Assembly: GCA_963813075.1 (NCBI GenBank)
Contig: CAWEXU010000010.1
Span: 32,001 to 96,000 of the forward strand
DNA: 64,000 bases
Direction: 5' to 3'
DNA from: Methanotrichaceae archaeon
Lineage (GTDB): Archaea; Halobacteriota; Methanosarcinia; Methanotrichales; Methanotrichaceae
Both the position numbers and the translations under genes were made by a program. Under the pieces are notes generated by a model. That model was not told the DNA's origin and did not search any database. It was given only the letters and a program-made list of their open reading frames with translations. Shown piece by piece: positions 1 through 10,987 of the stretch. The stretch's first letter is position 1. Each line of letters begins with the position of its first letter.

Positions 1-139
1 ATATAAATTTAACCTTCAAACTTTAAGGCTGTCCCAGCAAGCACTTGATTCTGGATGGGGTTCATCTCCATAAGATCTGATCGATATAATCATATCAAAT
101 ACATAATATCTAATACAATGAACTTTAAAGAGATCGATC

Positions 140-2491
140 ATGCCCTCGTATCTGGAGCATCCGTTTTTGAAGCCAGAGACCGTAGAAAAGAGGTTCTTCC
201 AGCTGGACTTAGCCGCCAATGCCCTCAAGTCCTCCAGCTTGATTGTGGTTCCTACGGGTCTCGGCAAGACGGTCATAGCTCTCATGGTTCTTCTCGCCCG
301 GCTGGACAGGGGACGGATTTTGTTCCTCGCTCCCACCAAGCCACTGGTCGAGCAGCATGCTGTCTTCCTGCGCCGGGTGCTCAAAGATAAAGATGTGGTG
401 GTCATGATGACCGGAGAGATGATGCCCGAAAAGAGGACAGCCACCTGGGAAGGTGCGCGAATAGTGGTATCCACACCCCAGGTGATAGAAAACGATCTTC
501 TCTCCCGCAGGATAGACCTTCAGGATGTATCGCTGATAATATTCGACGAGGCCCACAGAGCGGTGGGAAACTATGCTTACGTCTACATAGCCGAGCGTTA
601 TGCCCGGGAGGCAGCCAATCCTCTGGTCCTGGGAATCACCGCCAGCCCGGGAAGCGAAAAGGAGAAGATCGCCGAGATCTGCACCAATCTCTCCATAGAG
701 AATATTCAGACCCGGACGGAGAGGGACTCTGATGTAGCGCCTTTTGTTCACCAAAGAGATATCGAGTGGGTGAAGCTGACCGTTCCCAAGGAGCTTCTCG
801 ATATCAGGACGGCGATCGAAGAGGTGTTGCGAGAGAGAATAGATGATCTCAACCGCCTGGGGATCGTCCCAATGGGGATCGACCCCAGAGCCTCGAAAAA
901 AGAGCTCCTCGGCCTTCAGGCCATGCTCATGTCCTCTGCCAAGAGACAGGCCAATCCGGCCAGCTTCAAGGGCATCTCCATTCTGGCCGAGGTTCTGAAG
1001 CTCCATCATGCCGTAGATCTGGCGGAGACCCAGGGCACAGAGGCCCTTCTCAAGTACTTCCAGCGGCTGCAGGGTGAGGCCCTCTCCAAGAGCGGCTCGA
1101 AGGCCTCCAGACGGATAATGGAGGACCCGAAGTTCCGCCAGGCCATGCAGGCCCTGGAGGAGCTGAAGGTGGAGCATCCCAAGCCCGCTATGGTCAGGAA
1201 GATACTGACCGAGCAGATCGAGGCCAGGCCCGAGTCCAGGATCATGGTCTTCACCAACTACAGGGATACTGCCTCTGCTCTCCTCCGATTTCTGAAGGAC
1301 GATCCAGAGATCAAAGCGGTCCGCTTTGTGGGCCAGTCCAGCCGGGCGGATGACGAGGGCCTGAGCCAGAAAAAGCAGGCAGAGATCTTGCAGAGCTTCA
1401 GGGACGGGGAGTATAACGTCCTGATCGCCACCTCTGTGGGGGAGGAGGGAATCGATATTCCGGCCACGGATATGGTCTTATTCTACGAGCCGGTTCCCTC
1501 TGAGATTCGCAGCATTCAGCGCAAAGGCAGGACGGGCAGGGCGCGGAGCGGGAGGGTGGTGGTCCTGATGGCCAAGGGCACCCGTGATGAGGCCTATTAC
1601 TGGATATCTGACCGCAAAGAAAAGACGATGAACAGGCAAATGCGAGATCTGAGCGGCCAGGCTTCTGAGTCATTGTCCCGGGAGTTCTCCCCCCGCCAGC
1701 GGCAGATCACAGAGGAGCATCCTGGGGGCCAGAGCGCTGAACCATTCATTGCTGATGAATTTATTGCCGGGACATCCGTCGAGATAGAGGGTGGTGCTCA
1801 GGCAGAAAAGCAGGACCGGAAAGGTCCGGTGAGCCTGGCGAATTGGGCGACGGAAAGGGGCAAGATCTATGTGGACCCCAGAGAGCGGGGAATGGCCAGG
1901 CTTCTGGAGGCGAGAGGGCTTGAGATCACCCTCCGCAATCTGGAGGTGGGCGACTATGTGGTCAGCGACAGAGTGGCGATCGAGCGGAAGACCGCCCAGG
2001 ATTTCGTGGCCTCGATAATCGATCCGGAGAGAAACCTCTTCCGACAGTTAAAGGATCTATCCCGGAGCTACGAGCGGCCGGTTCTAATTTTGGAGGGAAG
2101 AGACCTGTACTCCAGGCAGGTGAGCGCGAACTCCATTCAGGGTGCTCTGGCAACAGTCGCAGTTGATTTGGGCGTGCCCATCATCCCCACAGAGGACCAG
2201 GAGGATACAGCATCGGTCATCAGCATGCTCGCCTCCCGGGAGCAGAAGGAGGGGCACGAGCCGAAGCTTCACGGCCACAAGACCGCCCGAACGCTAAAAG
2301 AGCAGCAGGAGTATTTGATTTCCGCTATTCCCAGCGTGGGGCCGTCGGTGGCAAGAAACCTCCTCCGGCACTTCGGATCGATTGAAAAGGTGATGACCGC
2401 CAGGAAGGATGAGCTGCAAGAGGTGGACATGGTGGGGCCCAAGATCGCAGAGCGCATCCGGGAGCTGGTTGAAGGAGAATATAAGGGCTAG
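140..2491 (+). CDS. hef: Hef helicase/ERCC4 nuclease (FANCM-like)
   Basis: 783 aa; SF2 motifs PTGLGKT, DEAH, TAS, QRKGRTGR; C-terminal ERCC4 motif GDY..ERKT..D and HhH2. Confidence 0.95.
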   Translation: MPSYLEHPFLKPETVEKRFFQLDLAANALKSSSLIVVPTGLGKTVIALMVLLARLDRGRILFLAPTKPLVEQHAVFLRRVLKDKDVVVMMTGEMMPEKRTATWEGARIVVSTPQVIENDLLSRRIDLQDVSLIIFDEAHRAVGNYAYVYIAERYAREAANPLVLGITASPGSEKEKIAEICTNLSIENIQTRTERDSDVAPFVHQRDIEWVKLTVPKELLDIRTAIEEVLRERIDDLNRLGIVPMGIDPRASKKELLGLQAMLMSSAKRQANPASFKGISILAEVLKLHHAVDLAETQGTEALLKYFQRLQGEALSKSGSKASRRIMEDPKFRQAMQALEELKVEHPKPAMVRKILTEQIEARPESRIMVFTNYRDTASALLRFLKDDPEIKAVRFVGQSSRADDEGLSQKKQAEILQSFRDGEYNVLIATSVGEEGIDIPATDMVLFYEPVPSEIRSIQRKGRTGRARSGRVVVLMAKGTRDEAYYWISDRKEKTMNRQMRDLSGQASESLSREFSPRQRQITEEHPGGQSAEPFIADEFIAGTSVEIEGGAQAEKQDRKGPVSLANWATERGKIYVDPRERGMARLLEARGLEITLRNLEVGDYVVSDRVAIERKTAQDFVASIIDPERNLFRQLKDLSRSYERPVLILEGRDLYSRQVSANSIQGALATVAVDLGVPIIPTEDQEDTASVISMLASREQKEGHEPKLHGHKTARTLKEQQEYLISAIPSVGPSVARNLLRHFGSIEKVMTARKDELQEVDMVGPKIAERIRELVEGEYKG

Positions 2492-2536
2492 GTGGGCTAG
2501 ATAACTGATGAAAAGGCGGGTATTTCTGGAATTTAA

Positions 2537-2666
2537 CCAACAAGTATATAAGGCAATTAGACCACCCTGAAGGTGCTGCACAAGCGTCGCTTCAATTGAG
2601 TTTGATGGGATGTTTTGTAGTATAGGATCGGTTCATGGAATCGATGCCAAAGGTAAGTGAGTTTAA
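2537..2666 (+). promoter_or_regulatory. BRE/TATA promoter plus long structured 5' leader of CxxC-x17-CxxC gene
   Basis: CCAACAAGTATATAA at 2537-2551; hairpin ATCGGTTC/GAATCGAT at 2627-2645; same layout upstream of the paralogue at 47664-47793. Confidence 0.6.
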
Positions 2667-2852
2667 ATGGAAAGATATGGAAGCGGAAGCAGAGGCGGCT
2701 ACAGCAGCGGCCCGAGAGAGATGCACGATGCCACTTGCGCTGAGTGCGGAAAGACGTGTCAGGTTCCTTTCAAGCCCGATGGCTCCAGGCCAGTTTATTG
2801 CAGCGACTGCTACCAGAAGCATAAGCCAGCCAGACCACCCAGAAGATACTGA
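2667..2852 (+). CDS. CxxC-x17-CxxC zinc-ribbon protein (copy 1)
   Basis: 61 aa; REMHDATCAECG...VPFKPDGSRPVYCSDCY signature, Gly/Arg-rich N-terminus. Confidence 0.9.
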   Translation: MERYGSGSRGGYSSGPREMHDATCAECGKTCQVPFKPDGSRPVYCSDCYQKHKPARPPRRY

Positions 2853-2927
2853 ACTGGAAAATCATCCCTTTTTTGGGATTGTATAGGAAGCGGGGTCGAT
2901 TTTTTTAAGCCCTGCATGAACTCATTT

Positions 2928-3176
2928 TTAATCATCCTTCTCCCAGAGAGTCGATCCCTGGTAAGATATTCGCCGGATGCGGTGGACGGGTATGAGCTTC
3001 GTTTTCAGATCCGAATTTATCACCATAATCCCCCGCTCTATACGGATGATCTCATCTCCACCGGCTGCAGATATGTCGCCCGGAGCCCCCCGGTCAACGT
3101 ACTCTACCCTTACTCTGCCCAGATCATACTGAGGATCGTGGATGAGACGCAGCAGAAGGGCGTGACTGGTCCTCAT
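2928..3176 (-). CDS. DUF504/UPF0248 (MJ1316-like) RNA-repair-associated domain protein
   Basis: 82 aa; YVDRGAP...IPVHRIRRI...LWEK pattern. Confidence 0.8.
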   Translation of the reverse strand: MRTSHALLLRLIHDPQYDLGRVRVEYVDRGAPGDISAAGGDEIIRIERGIMVINSDLKTKLIPVHRIRRISYQGSTLWEKDD

Positions 3177-3208
3177 TCTTATCCGCTACCCAACTCTTGC
3201 TAATTCTT

Positions 3209-3370
3209 CTATCCTACTCGCCAGGCACCATCCTTCAGGTCAGGATTGGGGATCCTCCCCTGATAGCCGCACATCTTGCAGCAAATCCTCATATTCAGTC
3301 CATCAAAGGCCCTGGCTTCTGCCACATATCCGCATCTAGGGCAGTTGGTCAGGAAATGGGTTCCTGGCAT
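3209..3370 (-). CDS. Small zinc-finger protein (53 aa, below ORF-track cutoff)
   Basis: Manual translation MPGTHFLTNCPRCGYVAEARAFDGLNMRICCKMCGYQGRIPNPDLKDGAWRVG; two CxxC motifs; GGGAGGAG just upstream of ATG. Confidence 0.7.
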   Translation of the reverse strand: MPGTHFLTNCPRCGYVAEARAFDGLNMRICCKMCGYQGRIPNPDLKDGAWRVG

Positions 3371-3477
3371 TGCTCCTCCCTGGCCCAAACAGTGGCATTG
3401 TCATCGATCTATTCCTCGCAAGCGTTATGTGAGTATGATCTATCAAAGAGAATCACTCTCCATCGGCAACTATTAGC

Positions 3478-3547
3478 AGCTATCCGCACTCTATCATTCG
3501 CTATCGCACTCTATCATCCGCTATCAGCACTCTATCATCCGCTCTCT
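3478..3547. repeat. Imperfect ~20-21 nt tandem repeat (GCACTCTATCATCCGCTATC-like, ~3 copies)
   Basis: Directly visible, next to the stop codon at 3550. Confidence 0.8.
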
Positions 3548-3549
3548 AT

Positions 3550-3877
3550 TCAGCGGTCCAGGCTCTCGGCACTGATGCCTGCTGCGGCAAGCTCTGCTCC
3601 AATCAGCTCATTTAAGAGGCCGGCCCGGATCTGCTGGGCATAGTTCCATAAATCAGGCCCGCATTTGCCGCAGTCCTTGCTTGATTCCTCCAGGATCCTG
3701 ACCAGATCGAGCAGGGAGCGGTACATCAGTGGAGCCGCATCCTGGAGCTTCTGCTTCAAAAGGGCTAGGGCCACCAGGTCCCTGGATCAGTCTGCAGTCT
3801 CCCTCCCTCCAGGCCATGCAGCGCTCATCGATGCATTCTCTGGCCACAAAGGGGCAGGCTTTATGCAGTTTGGACAG
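3550..3877 (-). CDS. Cys-rich hypothetical protein, apparently frameshifted
   Basis: ACPFVARECIDERCMAWREGDCRLI in one frame continues as DAAPLMYRSLLDLVRILEE...CGKCG in another; GGTGA upstream. Confidence 0.5.
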
Positions 3878-4061
3878 TTGCAGGTCACCTTACCGGAAGC
3901 TGAATTGAGATTACTTAGTGACTATATATTGTGCTTTTGAGGTGTTATTTCTTTCCCTGGATTTTGCCCTGATTACCCTTGGGATGTGTTCTCTGAATCC
4001 CTGGCGATCAACCTTTGCGGGAAAGCTTAATAGCTCAGAAGCGGCGACTACCTCTCTGGAT

Positions 4062-4150
4062 GGGCTCGTAGGGTAGTGGACATCCTAGCGGGCTTCGGTG
4101 ACATTTGTCGGAGATACCCGCTGACCTGGGTTCGAGTCCCAGCGAGTCCG
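4062..4150 (+). tRNA. tRNA-Arg (TCG) with 17-nt intron (4099-4115) at position 37/38
   Basis: Acceptor GGGCTCG/CGAGTCC; anticodon stem GCGGG/CCCGC; TTCGAGT T-loop; canonical bulge-helix-bulge (CTTC/GGAG helix, GGT and ATA bulges). Confidence 0.95.
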
Positions 4151-4178
4151 TTCCATTTTTTCCCTGAGAAGGAGCGAG

Positions 4179-4505
4179 ATGAAAATGGGAAAATTCAAAG
4201 CAGCATTTATGTTTGTATCGCCGGATTGCGATCCAAAAGAGCATATTGTGAGGCTATCCACGCCGGAAAGGCTGAACGGGACGGCGGTGGGCGTCAAGGA
4301 CTACGATCAGGCGGTCTTTGTGGCAAAGGAATTGGCAGACCAGGGTTTTGAGGCTATTGAGCTGTGTGGCGGCTTCGGCCATATTGGAGTGGCCAGGGTG
4401 GCAGAGGCAGTTGAAGGCAGGGCGGTTGTAGGAGTGGTTCGCTTTGACCACCATCCTGGGATGGGGCATAAGAGCGGCGACGAGTTCTTCCTTAAAGGGG
4501 ATTAA
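4179..4505 (+). CDS. DUF6506 family protein
   Basis: 108 aa; KAAFMF, IELCGGFG, VGVVRFD motifs. Confidence 0.75.
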   Translation: MKMGKFKAAFMFVSPDCDPKEHIVRLSTPERLNGTAVGVKDYDQAVFVAKELADQGFEAIELCGGFGHIGVARVAEAVEGRAVVGVVRFDHHPGMGHKSGDEFFLKGD

Positions 4506-4511
4506 TAATTG

Positions 4512-5454
4512 GTGGACTTTTTCGGCAAAAAAAGGCTGGAAGAGCGCATAATCGAGCTGGAGGAAGCAATAGCAGTACAGGAGCGCGAGAGAGAAGAGCT
4601 GGTTCGCACTCTGGAAAAAAGGGATGAGAAGATCAAAAGGCTTACCAGCGCCAATCAGGAGGCCAATATAGCCCTGAAGGCGTTGGAGCGAAAGGCTGCC
4701 GCGCAGATTGCCTCCACCGCTCAGATTACGGAACAGGTGGGGGAAAAGCCGGGGTTGCCTGATGCCATGGAAGCCGTACACGAGAGAGCTGAATATCCTC
4801 ATTCAGAGGCTCAAAGGATTCCGTTCACCCAGGGAGGATCTGCTGGTTGCATGCTTTCCCTCATCCGTACCCGAAAGCTCAGGCCTCCCGGAGAAAATCA
4901 GAAATGCGGCGAATATGGTTAAATCCCCGCGGGGAAAGATAGTCATATACTGTCCCCAGCTTTTTGCCCTGCTGTTCATTCCACCCTTTCCCATCAAGGA
5001 GGGTGTATCCAGAGAGGGCGGCACCTTTTTCCTCGAGCCCATCTCTGAGATGATGGACTGTCCTGTTTTAGTGGTATCAGCTCACGCGGGAAGCACATTC
5101 CTGGGAGTGGCATTGAGCCGGGAAGGCTTCGAGGTGAAGGAGCTGGTGGAAAGCCAGGTGAAAGAGAAGCACTCCAAAGGGGGATGGAGCCAGAAGAGGT
5201 TTGAGAGGCTGCGCGAGGAGGATATCAAAAATCATTTCGATCTCGTCACAGAGAAGCTCGCCCAGCTTGAGAGCAAATACGGGAGCATTGTGAAATATGC
5301 TGTCCTTGGTGGTGAGGAAAGCCTCGTCCGGCAGATCGCACCTAACATCCGCCTGCCCCTGGTGGAGAAAAGGCTGGAGCAGCATGATGAAAAGGATCTG
5401 GACTCGCTCTTAGAAGAGGTCTATCTTTTCACATGCTACAGGATAGAGATATAG
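4512..5454 (+). CDS. Vms1/Ankzf1 (VLRF1)-like release-factor family protein with N-terminal coiled coil; frameshift near 4770
   Basis: KHSKGGWSQKRFERLREE motif in the 4708-5454 frame; coiled coil in the 4509 frame. Confidence 0.75.
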
Positions 5455-5462
5455 GAAAAGAA

Positions 5463-6305
5463 ATGACACCAGAATCAGCAGAATCGGCAGAAGAAAAAGA
5501 AGATCCCGAAGAGCTCATGCGCTCTCGGGACTGGCATGTGAGACGAAAGCTGGCCTGGAATCCTGATACTTCTGAGGAAATCCTGAGCTTTCTCGGCCGG
5601 GATACAGTGCAATGGGTAAGAGAGGCGGTGGCGGGCAATCCTCGCACCCCTGCATCGACATTGGCCCGGCTGGCCGAGGACAGCTCGGGATTTGTGAGAG
5701 CAGCCGTGGCCCTGAACCCTCAGGCTACGAGCGAGATTCTGGAGGCTCTGGCAGGAGACGAGATGACGGACTACGACTCCACCCTGCAAGTGAATCGATA
5801 TCTCGTGAAGGAAGCGGCGGCAAAAAGCGCTAATATAAGCCTCCCGGCCCTGGAATTTCTCGCCCGCGATCCAGATGAGCACGTGCGGGCATCTGCCGCC
5901 ACCAATCCCAGGCTTTCGGCCGAGCTGATGAAAAAGATGGTCCGGGATGTGAGCTGGCTGGTGAGAAACAATTTAGCCCAAAATCCGTCCACTCCCGAGG
6001 AGCTGCTGGTATACCTTTCTCTAGACCGGATCATGGACGTGAGAGCGACGGCTGCTCTTAATCCCCGCACTCCGGCAGAGGCGCTGGCTGCTCTTGCTGC
6101 GGACAGGAGCTGGGAGATAAGAGAGGCGGTGGCCCGCAATCCAGCGGTTGATGGAAAGATCCTTGACGAGCTCGCAGGTTACTGGTCCTGGGCGGTGAGG
6201 GAGGCGGTGGCCAAAAATCCTCGCACCTCCGTCCAGACGCTGAAAAGACTGGCTCAGGATCCCGACCAGAGCGTGCAGAAGGCGGCCAGCAGTCGGCTGA
6301 ATTGA
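5463..6305 (+). CDS. Leucine-rich-variant/HEAT-like repeat protein
   Basis: Repeated 24-aa units VRxAVAxNPxTPxExLxxLAxD. Confidence 0.85.
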   Translation: MTPESAESAEEKEDPEELMRSRDWHVRRKLAWNPDTSEEILSFLGRDTVQWVREAVAGNPRTPASTLARLAEDSSGFVRAAVALNPQATSEILEALAGDEMTDYDSTLQVNRYLVKEAAAKSANISLPALEFLARDPDEHVRASAATNPRLSAELMKKMVRDVSWLVRNNLAQNPSTPEELLVYLSLDRIMDVRATAALNPRTPAEALAALAADRSWEIREAVARNPAVDGKILDELAGYWSWAVREAVAKNPRTSVQTLKRLAQDPDQSVQKAASSRLN

Positions 6306-6443
6306 TTCGCCGCTTTTTTAATGCGACTGCTTATTTTGCCTCTTCACCGAAATAGTAATCAACCAGATCATATAACGAAAATTTCATGAATTTGAGCCCA
6401 TGGAAATCTCAGCCGCAATATAGCTCTCGGTGGAGGCATTGAG

Positions 6444-9195
6444 TTGGATGCGGTAATAGATGCCCATTCAATTCCTGCAGATGAAGTAATATTGGCATTA
6501 AAAGCAAACCCCGACGGCCTGGGAAAAGATGAGGTTTCCGAGAGGCTGAAGATTTATGGGCCTAACAGCCTTCCCAAACCGAAGACGACAAGCGTTGCCG
6601 TCTTCTTTCTCCGCCAATTTTACAGTCCATTGATTTACATTCTACTCGCAGCAGCGGCCATCTCCCTCTTCCTGGGGGACTGGCAGGAGAGCATATTCAT
6701 CATGATTGTGCTCCTGCTCAACTCGGTCATCGGCACCATCCAGGAGTATTCGGCGGAGAAGAGCGCTGAAGCATTGAAGGATATGGTCCGAACCAGGACC
6801 CGGGTGATCAGGGATGGAGAGGAGTTCGAGATAGACTCCGAGGAGCTTGTCCCTGGCGACATAGTCCTCCTGGAGTCAGGGGGCAGGGTCCCGGCAGACG
6901 TCAGACTGATATCCGTCCAGGATCTGGTGATCGACGAGTCTCTGCTCACCGGAGAGTCCATACCGGACAGCAAGGACTCCGAGCTGATCCTTGACCCGAG
7001 GACCCCTCTGGGCGACAGGGAGAACATGGCCTTTGCCGGCACCATTGTAGTCTCTGGTAGGGGCAAAGGTGTGGTGGTCAGCACAGGATCGCAAACCGCA
7101 GTGGGCGGACTGGCCGCTTCATTGGCCGGCAAGCCCGAGACCAAGCCCCCTCTGATCCTGCGTATGGAGAAGTTCAACTCCAAGATCGCTCTGGGCGTTG
7201 CGGTGGCGGTGGCGGTGATCTTCGCGGTGGAGATCTACCGGGGCGAGCCCATCTATGATATCTTCATGCAGTCAGTGGCCCTGGCGGTGGCTGCAGTCCC
7301 CGAGGGCCTGCCTGTGGCCATGACTGTAGCTTTGTCCATAGGCATGTCCCGCATGGCGAAAAGGAATGTCATCGTCCGCCGGCTGGTGGCGGTGGAGGCC
7401 CTGGGTTCATGCAACTTCATCGCTTCGGATAAGACGGGAACCCTGACCGTCAACCAGCTTACCGTTACCAGGGCTATCATTCCCGGCCGGGATGGCTGGA
7501 ATTTGATCGAGCTGGCGAAAGGCCCGATAACCGCAGAGGTGGCAGAGGAGGAAGGGGGATCTGCAGGGAGTGATGCCGAAGGAGGTCCGTCCGCTCCGTC
7601 CGCTGTCCAGGCTGGCCAGGCTGTCCAGCTATCTATTCTGAAGCCCCTGGCCAGAGCCTCGGTCCTGGCAAATGAGGCATTTTCCGGTTTCAGGGACGGC
7701 AAATGGGAGTACCACGGAGATGCAGTGGACGTAGCCCTGCTCATGATGGCCCTGGAAGGAGGGATAACCCAGCAGGAGGAAGAGAACAACTATCCCAAGG
7801 ATCGCCCAGATACCCTTTGAATCCAAGCGCCAGTTCTCAGCCACCCTCCATCAGGGTCCGGATGGAAAAATCGCCTTCGTTAAGGGCTCACCAGAGAAGA
7901 TCCTCAAGATGAGCAGCAAGATGGCGACCTCCGAGGGCGAGATTCCCCTGGATTCGGCGGGGGCGAATAAAGAGGGCGAGTCTCTGGCCACTGCGGGCTT
8001 CAGACTCCTGGCCCTGGCCAGTGGAAAGTTTCCGGATAATGAGGAGTTCACCGAGGACCGGCTGGAGGGCCTCACATTTCTGGGATTGGTGGGGATGATC
8101 GATCCCCTCCGGCCTGAGGCAAAAGCAGCAGTGGAAGCATGCAAGCGCTCCGGGGTCCAGGTGGCCATGGTCACCGGAGACCACCCGGCAACCGCTTTCG
8201 CCATCTCTCGCGAGCTGGGGCTGGCAGATAGCCCCGATCAGGTGGTCACCGGAATCGAGCTGAAGGATGCCGAGGCCAAAGGCCCGGAGGCAGTCGATGC
8301 CCTGACCCGTAAAGGCAGGGTCTACGCCCGGGTTGAGCCCCAGCAGAAGGTTCTGATCACCAACTCTCTGGTGAGAAATGGCAAGCTGGTGGCAGTTACC
8401 GGCGACGGAGCCAACGATGCCCCAGCGCTGCATGCTGCCCATGTGGGGGTGGCCATGGGCAAGGGCGGGACCGATGTGGCCAAGGAGAGCGCTGACCTGA
8501 TCATCACCGATGACAACTTCGCCTCCATAGTCTCGGGAATCGAGGAAGGGAGGATAGTCTACAACAACCTGAGAAAGGTGATCTTCTTCTCCATATCCAC
8601 CGGAGTGGCAGAGATCTTCCTGTTCATCCTGGCATTGATATTCAATATGCCCCTTCCCCTGATCGCCGTGCAGCTGCTCTGGCTGAACCTGGTCACCAAC
8701 GGCATTCAGGATGTGGCCCTGGCCTTTGAGCCTGCTGAGGGCGGGGAGATGAACCGGGACCCGAGGCCGGCCAACGAGCCGATATTCAACCGCTTGATGG
8801 TGGAAAGAGTGGCTCTGGTGGCGCTTGTCGTCGGCGGTCTGACCTATGCCGTCTTCCACTGGCAGGTAGCTATAGGAAAGAGCATTGAGGAGGCGAGAAA
8901 CATCGCTATGATCATGATGGTCCTCTTTGAGAATGCAGTGGTCTTCGCCAGCCGGTCTGAGCTCAAGAGCGCCTTTGCCACCAGTCCCCTTAGAAATCCC
9001 CTGCTGGTCTTCGGCACCATAGCCGCCATTCTGATCCAGGTGGCTGCCATGTACCTGCCCGGTCTCTCGGACGTGCTGCAGATTCATCCCGTTTCCATTT
9101 ATCAGTGGGTGGAGCTGGTGGGAATAGCCCTGCTGGCCTTCGCCGCCATAGAGCTGTATAAATTCATGCGCCGGAGGTATCCGCTGAGTGGGTGA
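6444..9195 (+). CDS. Cation-transporting P-type ATPase (P2A-like), frameshift near 7810
   Basis: TGES, PEGL and DKTGT in ORF 6444-7820; KGSPE, DPLR, TGDH and GDGANDAP downstream. Confidence 0.9.
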
Positions 9196-9303
9196 TGATC
9201 AGGAAATCGATCGGGACGATAAATCGATCTAGATGATAAAAGGCAGATGATCGAGATTCTAAAAGGCAGATTATAGAAGTAGAAGGCAGAGCGAGAGGGG
9301 CGG

Positions 9304-10367
9304 TCAGACTCTCTGGTATAGAGTCGTCCTCTGCACCGCTTTTCTTCCGCAGCTCTCGATCAGCTCTTTCATCTCCTCCGCGGATATGCCCGGCTCCTCG
9401 CGGGAGTTGCGGGCGATTCTCTCGTCCATCAGGGTTCCACCCAGGTCGTTTGCCCCCCACATGATGGCTGCTCTTGCCGCCTCCCGTCCCAGCTTGGTCC
9501 AGCTCGCCTGGATGTTGGTGATGGCGGGATAGAGGGCCACCCTGGCCAGGGCATGCATCTTCAGCCGGTCGAGGAGATCCGCTCCGGGAACGGTTTTCCC
9601 CAGCAGATTGTTCTCCGGGATGAAGGGGAGGAGGACCAGCTCGGTGAAGCCACCGGTCTCATTTTGAATTCCCTTCAGGATCTCCAGGTGCTCGCAGCCG
9701 GTCTTCCATGCTCTCCACATGGCCGAAGAGAATGGTGGAGGTGGTGGGAATGCCAAGCTGATGTGCATTGGTGATGATCTCCTTCCACTCCGCGGTCTTG
9801 AGCTTCTCCGGGCAGATCATCTGGCGGACGGAATCGACCAGGATTTCCGCGGCGGTGCCGGGCATGGACCCAAGACCGCTCCTCTTCAGCTCCTTCAGGC
9901 AGTCTTTCACCGGCAGATTGGAGTTGCGGGACATATGGAGAACCTCCATTGGGGAGTAGGCATGAAGATGCAGCCGGGGATGGCTGCAGCGGATGGTCTC
10001 AAGGATATTGCAGTAGTCCTCCAGGTGCATACTGGGTGAGAGGCCTCCCTGCAGGCAGATCTCTGTTGCTCCCCGCTTCCTCTGCCTGGTCCGCCCGGCT
10101 GAGGATCTCCTCGGTTGAAAGGCGGTATCTCTCACCATGCTTAAATGAGCAGAACAGGCAGCTTGCTGTGCACTGGTTGGTGAAGTTGATGTTCCGGTTT
10201 ATGACAAAAGAGACCTCATCCTTGCCGCTCTTCTGGCGCAGCAGATTGGCCAGGCGGTATAGCTTCACTGGCTCCGACCAGAGACTTTTCAGCAGATCAT
10301 GATCAATGCTGGGGCTGTTGGGTGAGGGGCAGGCTCTTTTTATCTCCGAGAGATCTGAAGCGATCAA
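9304..10367 (-). CDS. cofH: CofH-family radical SAM protein (F420/FO synthesis), two frameshifts
   Basis: NRNINFTNQCTASCLFC, EICLQGG, SMPGTAAEIL, GGFTE, NIQASW and GANDLGGTLMDE spread over three frames. Confidence 0.8.
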
Positions 10368-10456
10368 AGATTCTCACACTTCCATGGGGCAAATTGGGCA
10401 ATCAGTACAAAACTGCATGGCGATCTATTTGGGATTATCGCATATCGACCGGCATT

Positions 10457-10987
10457 TCAATGGCTTTCTTCATCTTTTGCGCTCTGATCAGCGCTTTCTT
10501 CTGCTCTTTCTTCCGCTCTCTCTTCGACTCGCTCTTCTGCGCTCTCCTCAGCGCTTGCCATCCTCCGCTCTTTGGGAATCTGACTTACCAGCAATCCGCG
10601 CGAGTACAGACCGCATCCGAGCACCTCCCCTCTATAAAATACCACCACATATCCGGATTCCGAGTCTGATTCAATGGCCAGGGTCCTGCCCTCCATGAAG
10701 CTCCTGGCATCTGCTGAATCCAGGTGGATGAGGTTCTTTGTGGCATGCCGGCCGAAGACCTGCAGGGCGCTGGTGGTCGGCTTCCAGGGGCGGTCCTTCA
10801 GGTTCATGATGCGCATCCCGATGGCCTCGTAGCTGAGCCTGGGAATGATAGCTTCGTTGGCCGCCCAGACGCTGTGCGCCTTCTGAAAGAAGACATAACC
10901 AGAGAAGGCAGACTGGGGGATGCCAAACCGCTCGCCCCAAAGCTCCGCTACGAAAGACCTTTCCAGGGGCTCAAAGATGTTCCTCTT
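10457..10987 (-). CDS. RsmF/NOL1 C-terminal (PUA-like) accessory protein
   Basis: Open frame RNIFEPLERS...WGERFGIP...WKPTTSALQVFGRHATKN; no start codon, but one substitution at 10986 would give an ATGA overlap with the upstream gene. Confidence 0.6.
   Translation of the reverse strand, partial: KRNIFEPLERSFVAELWGERFGIPQSAFSGYVFFQKAHSVWAANEAIIPRLSYEAIGMRIMNLKDRPWKPTTSALQVFGRHATKNLIHLDSADARSFMEGRTLAIESDSESGYVVVFYRGEVLGCGLYSRGLLVSQIPKERRMASAEESAEERVEERAEERAEESADQSAKDEESH

Noticed and set aside
4062..4150. tRNA as integration site of an island
   Set aside because: No integrase and no duplicated tRNA end noticed in the window.
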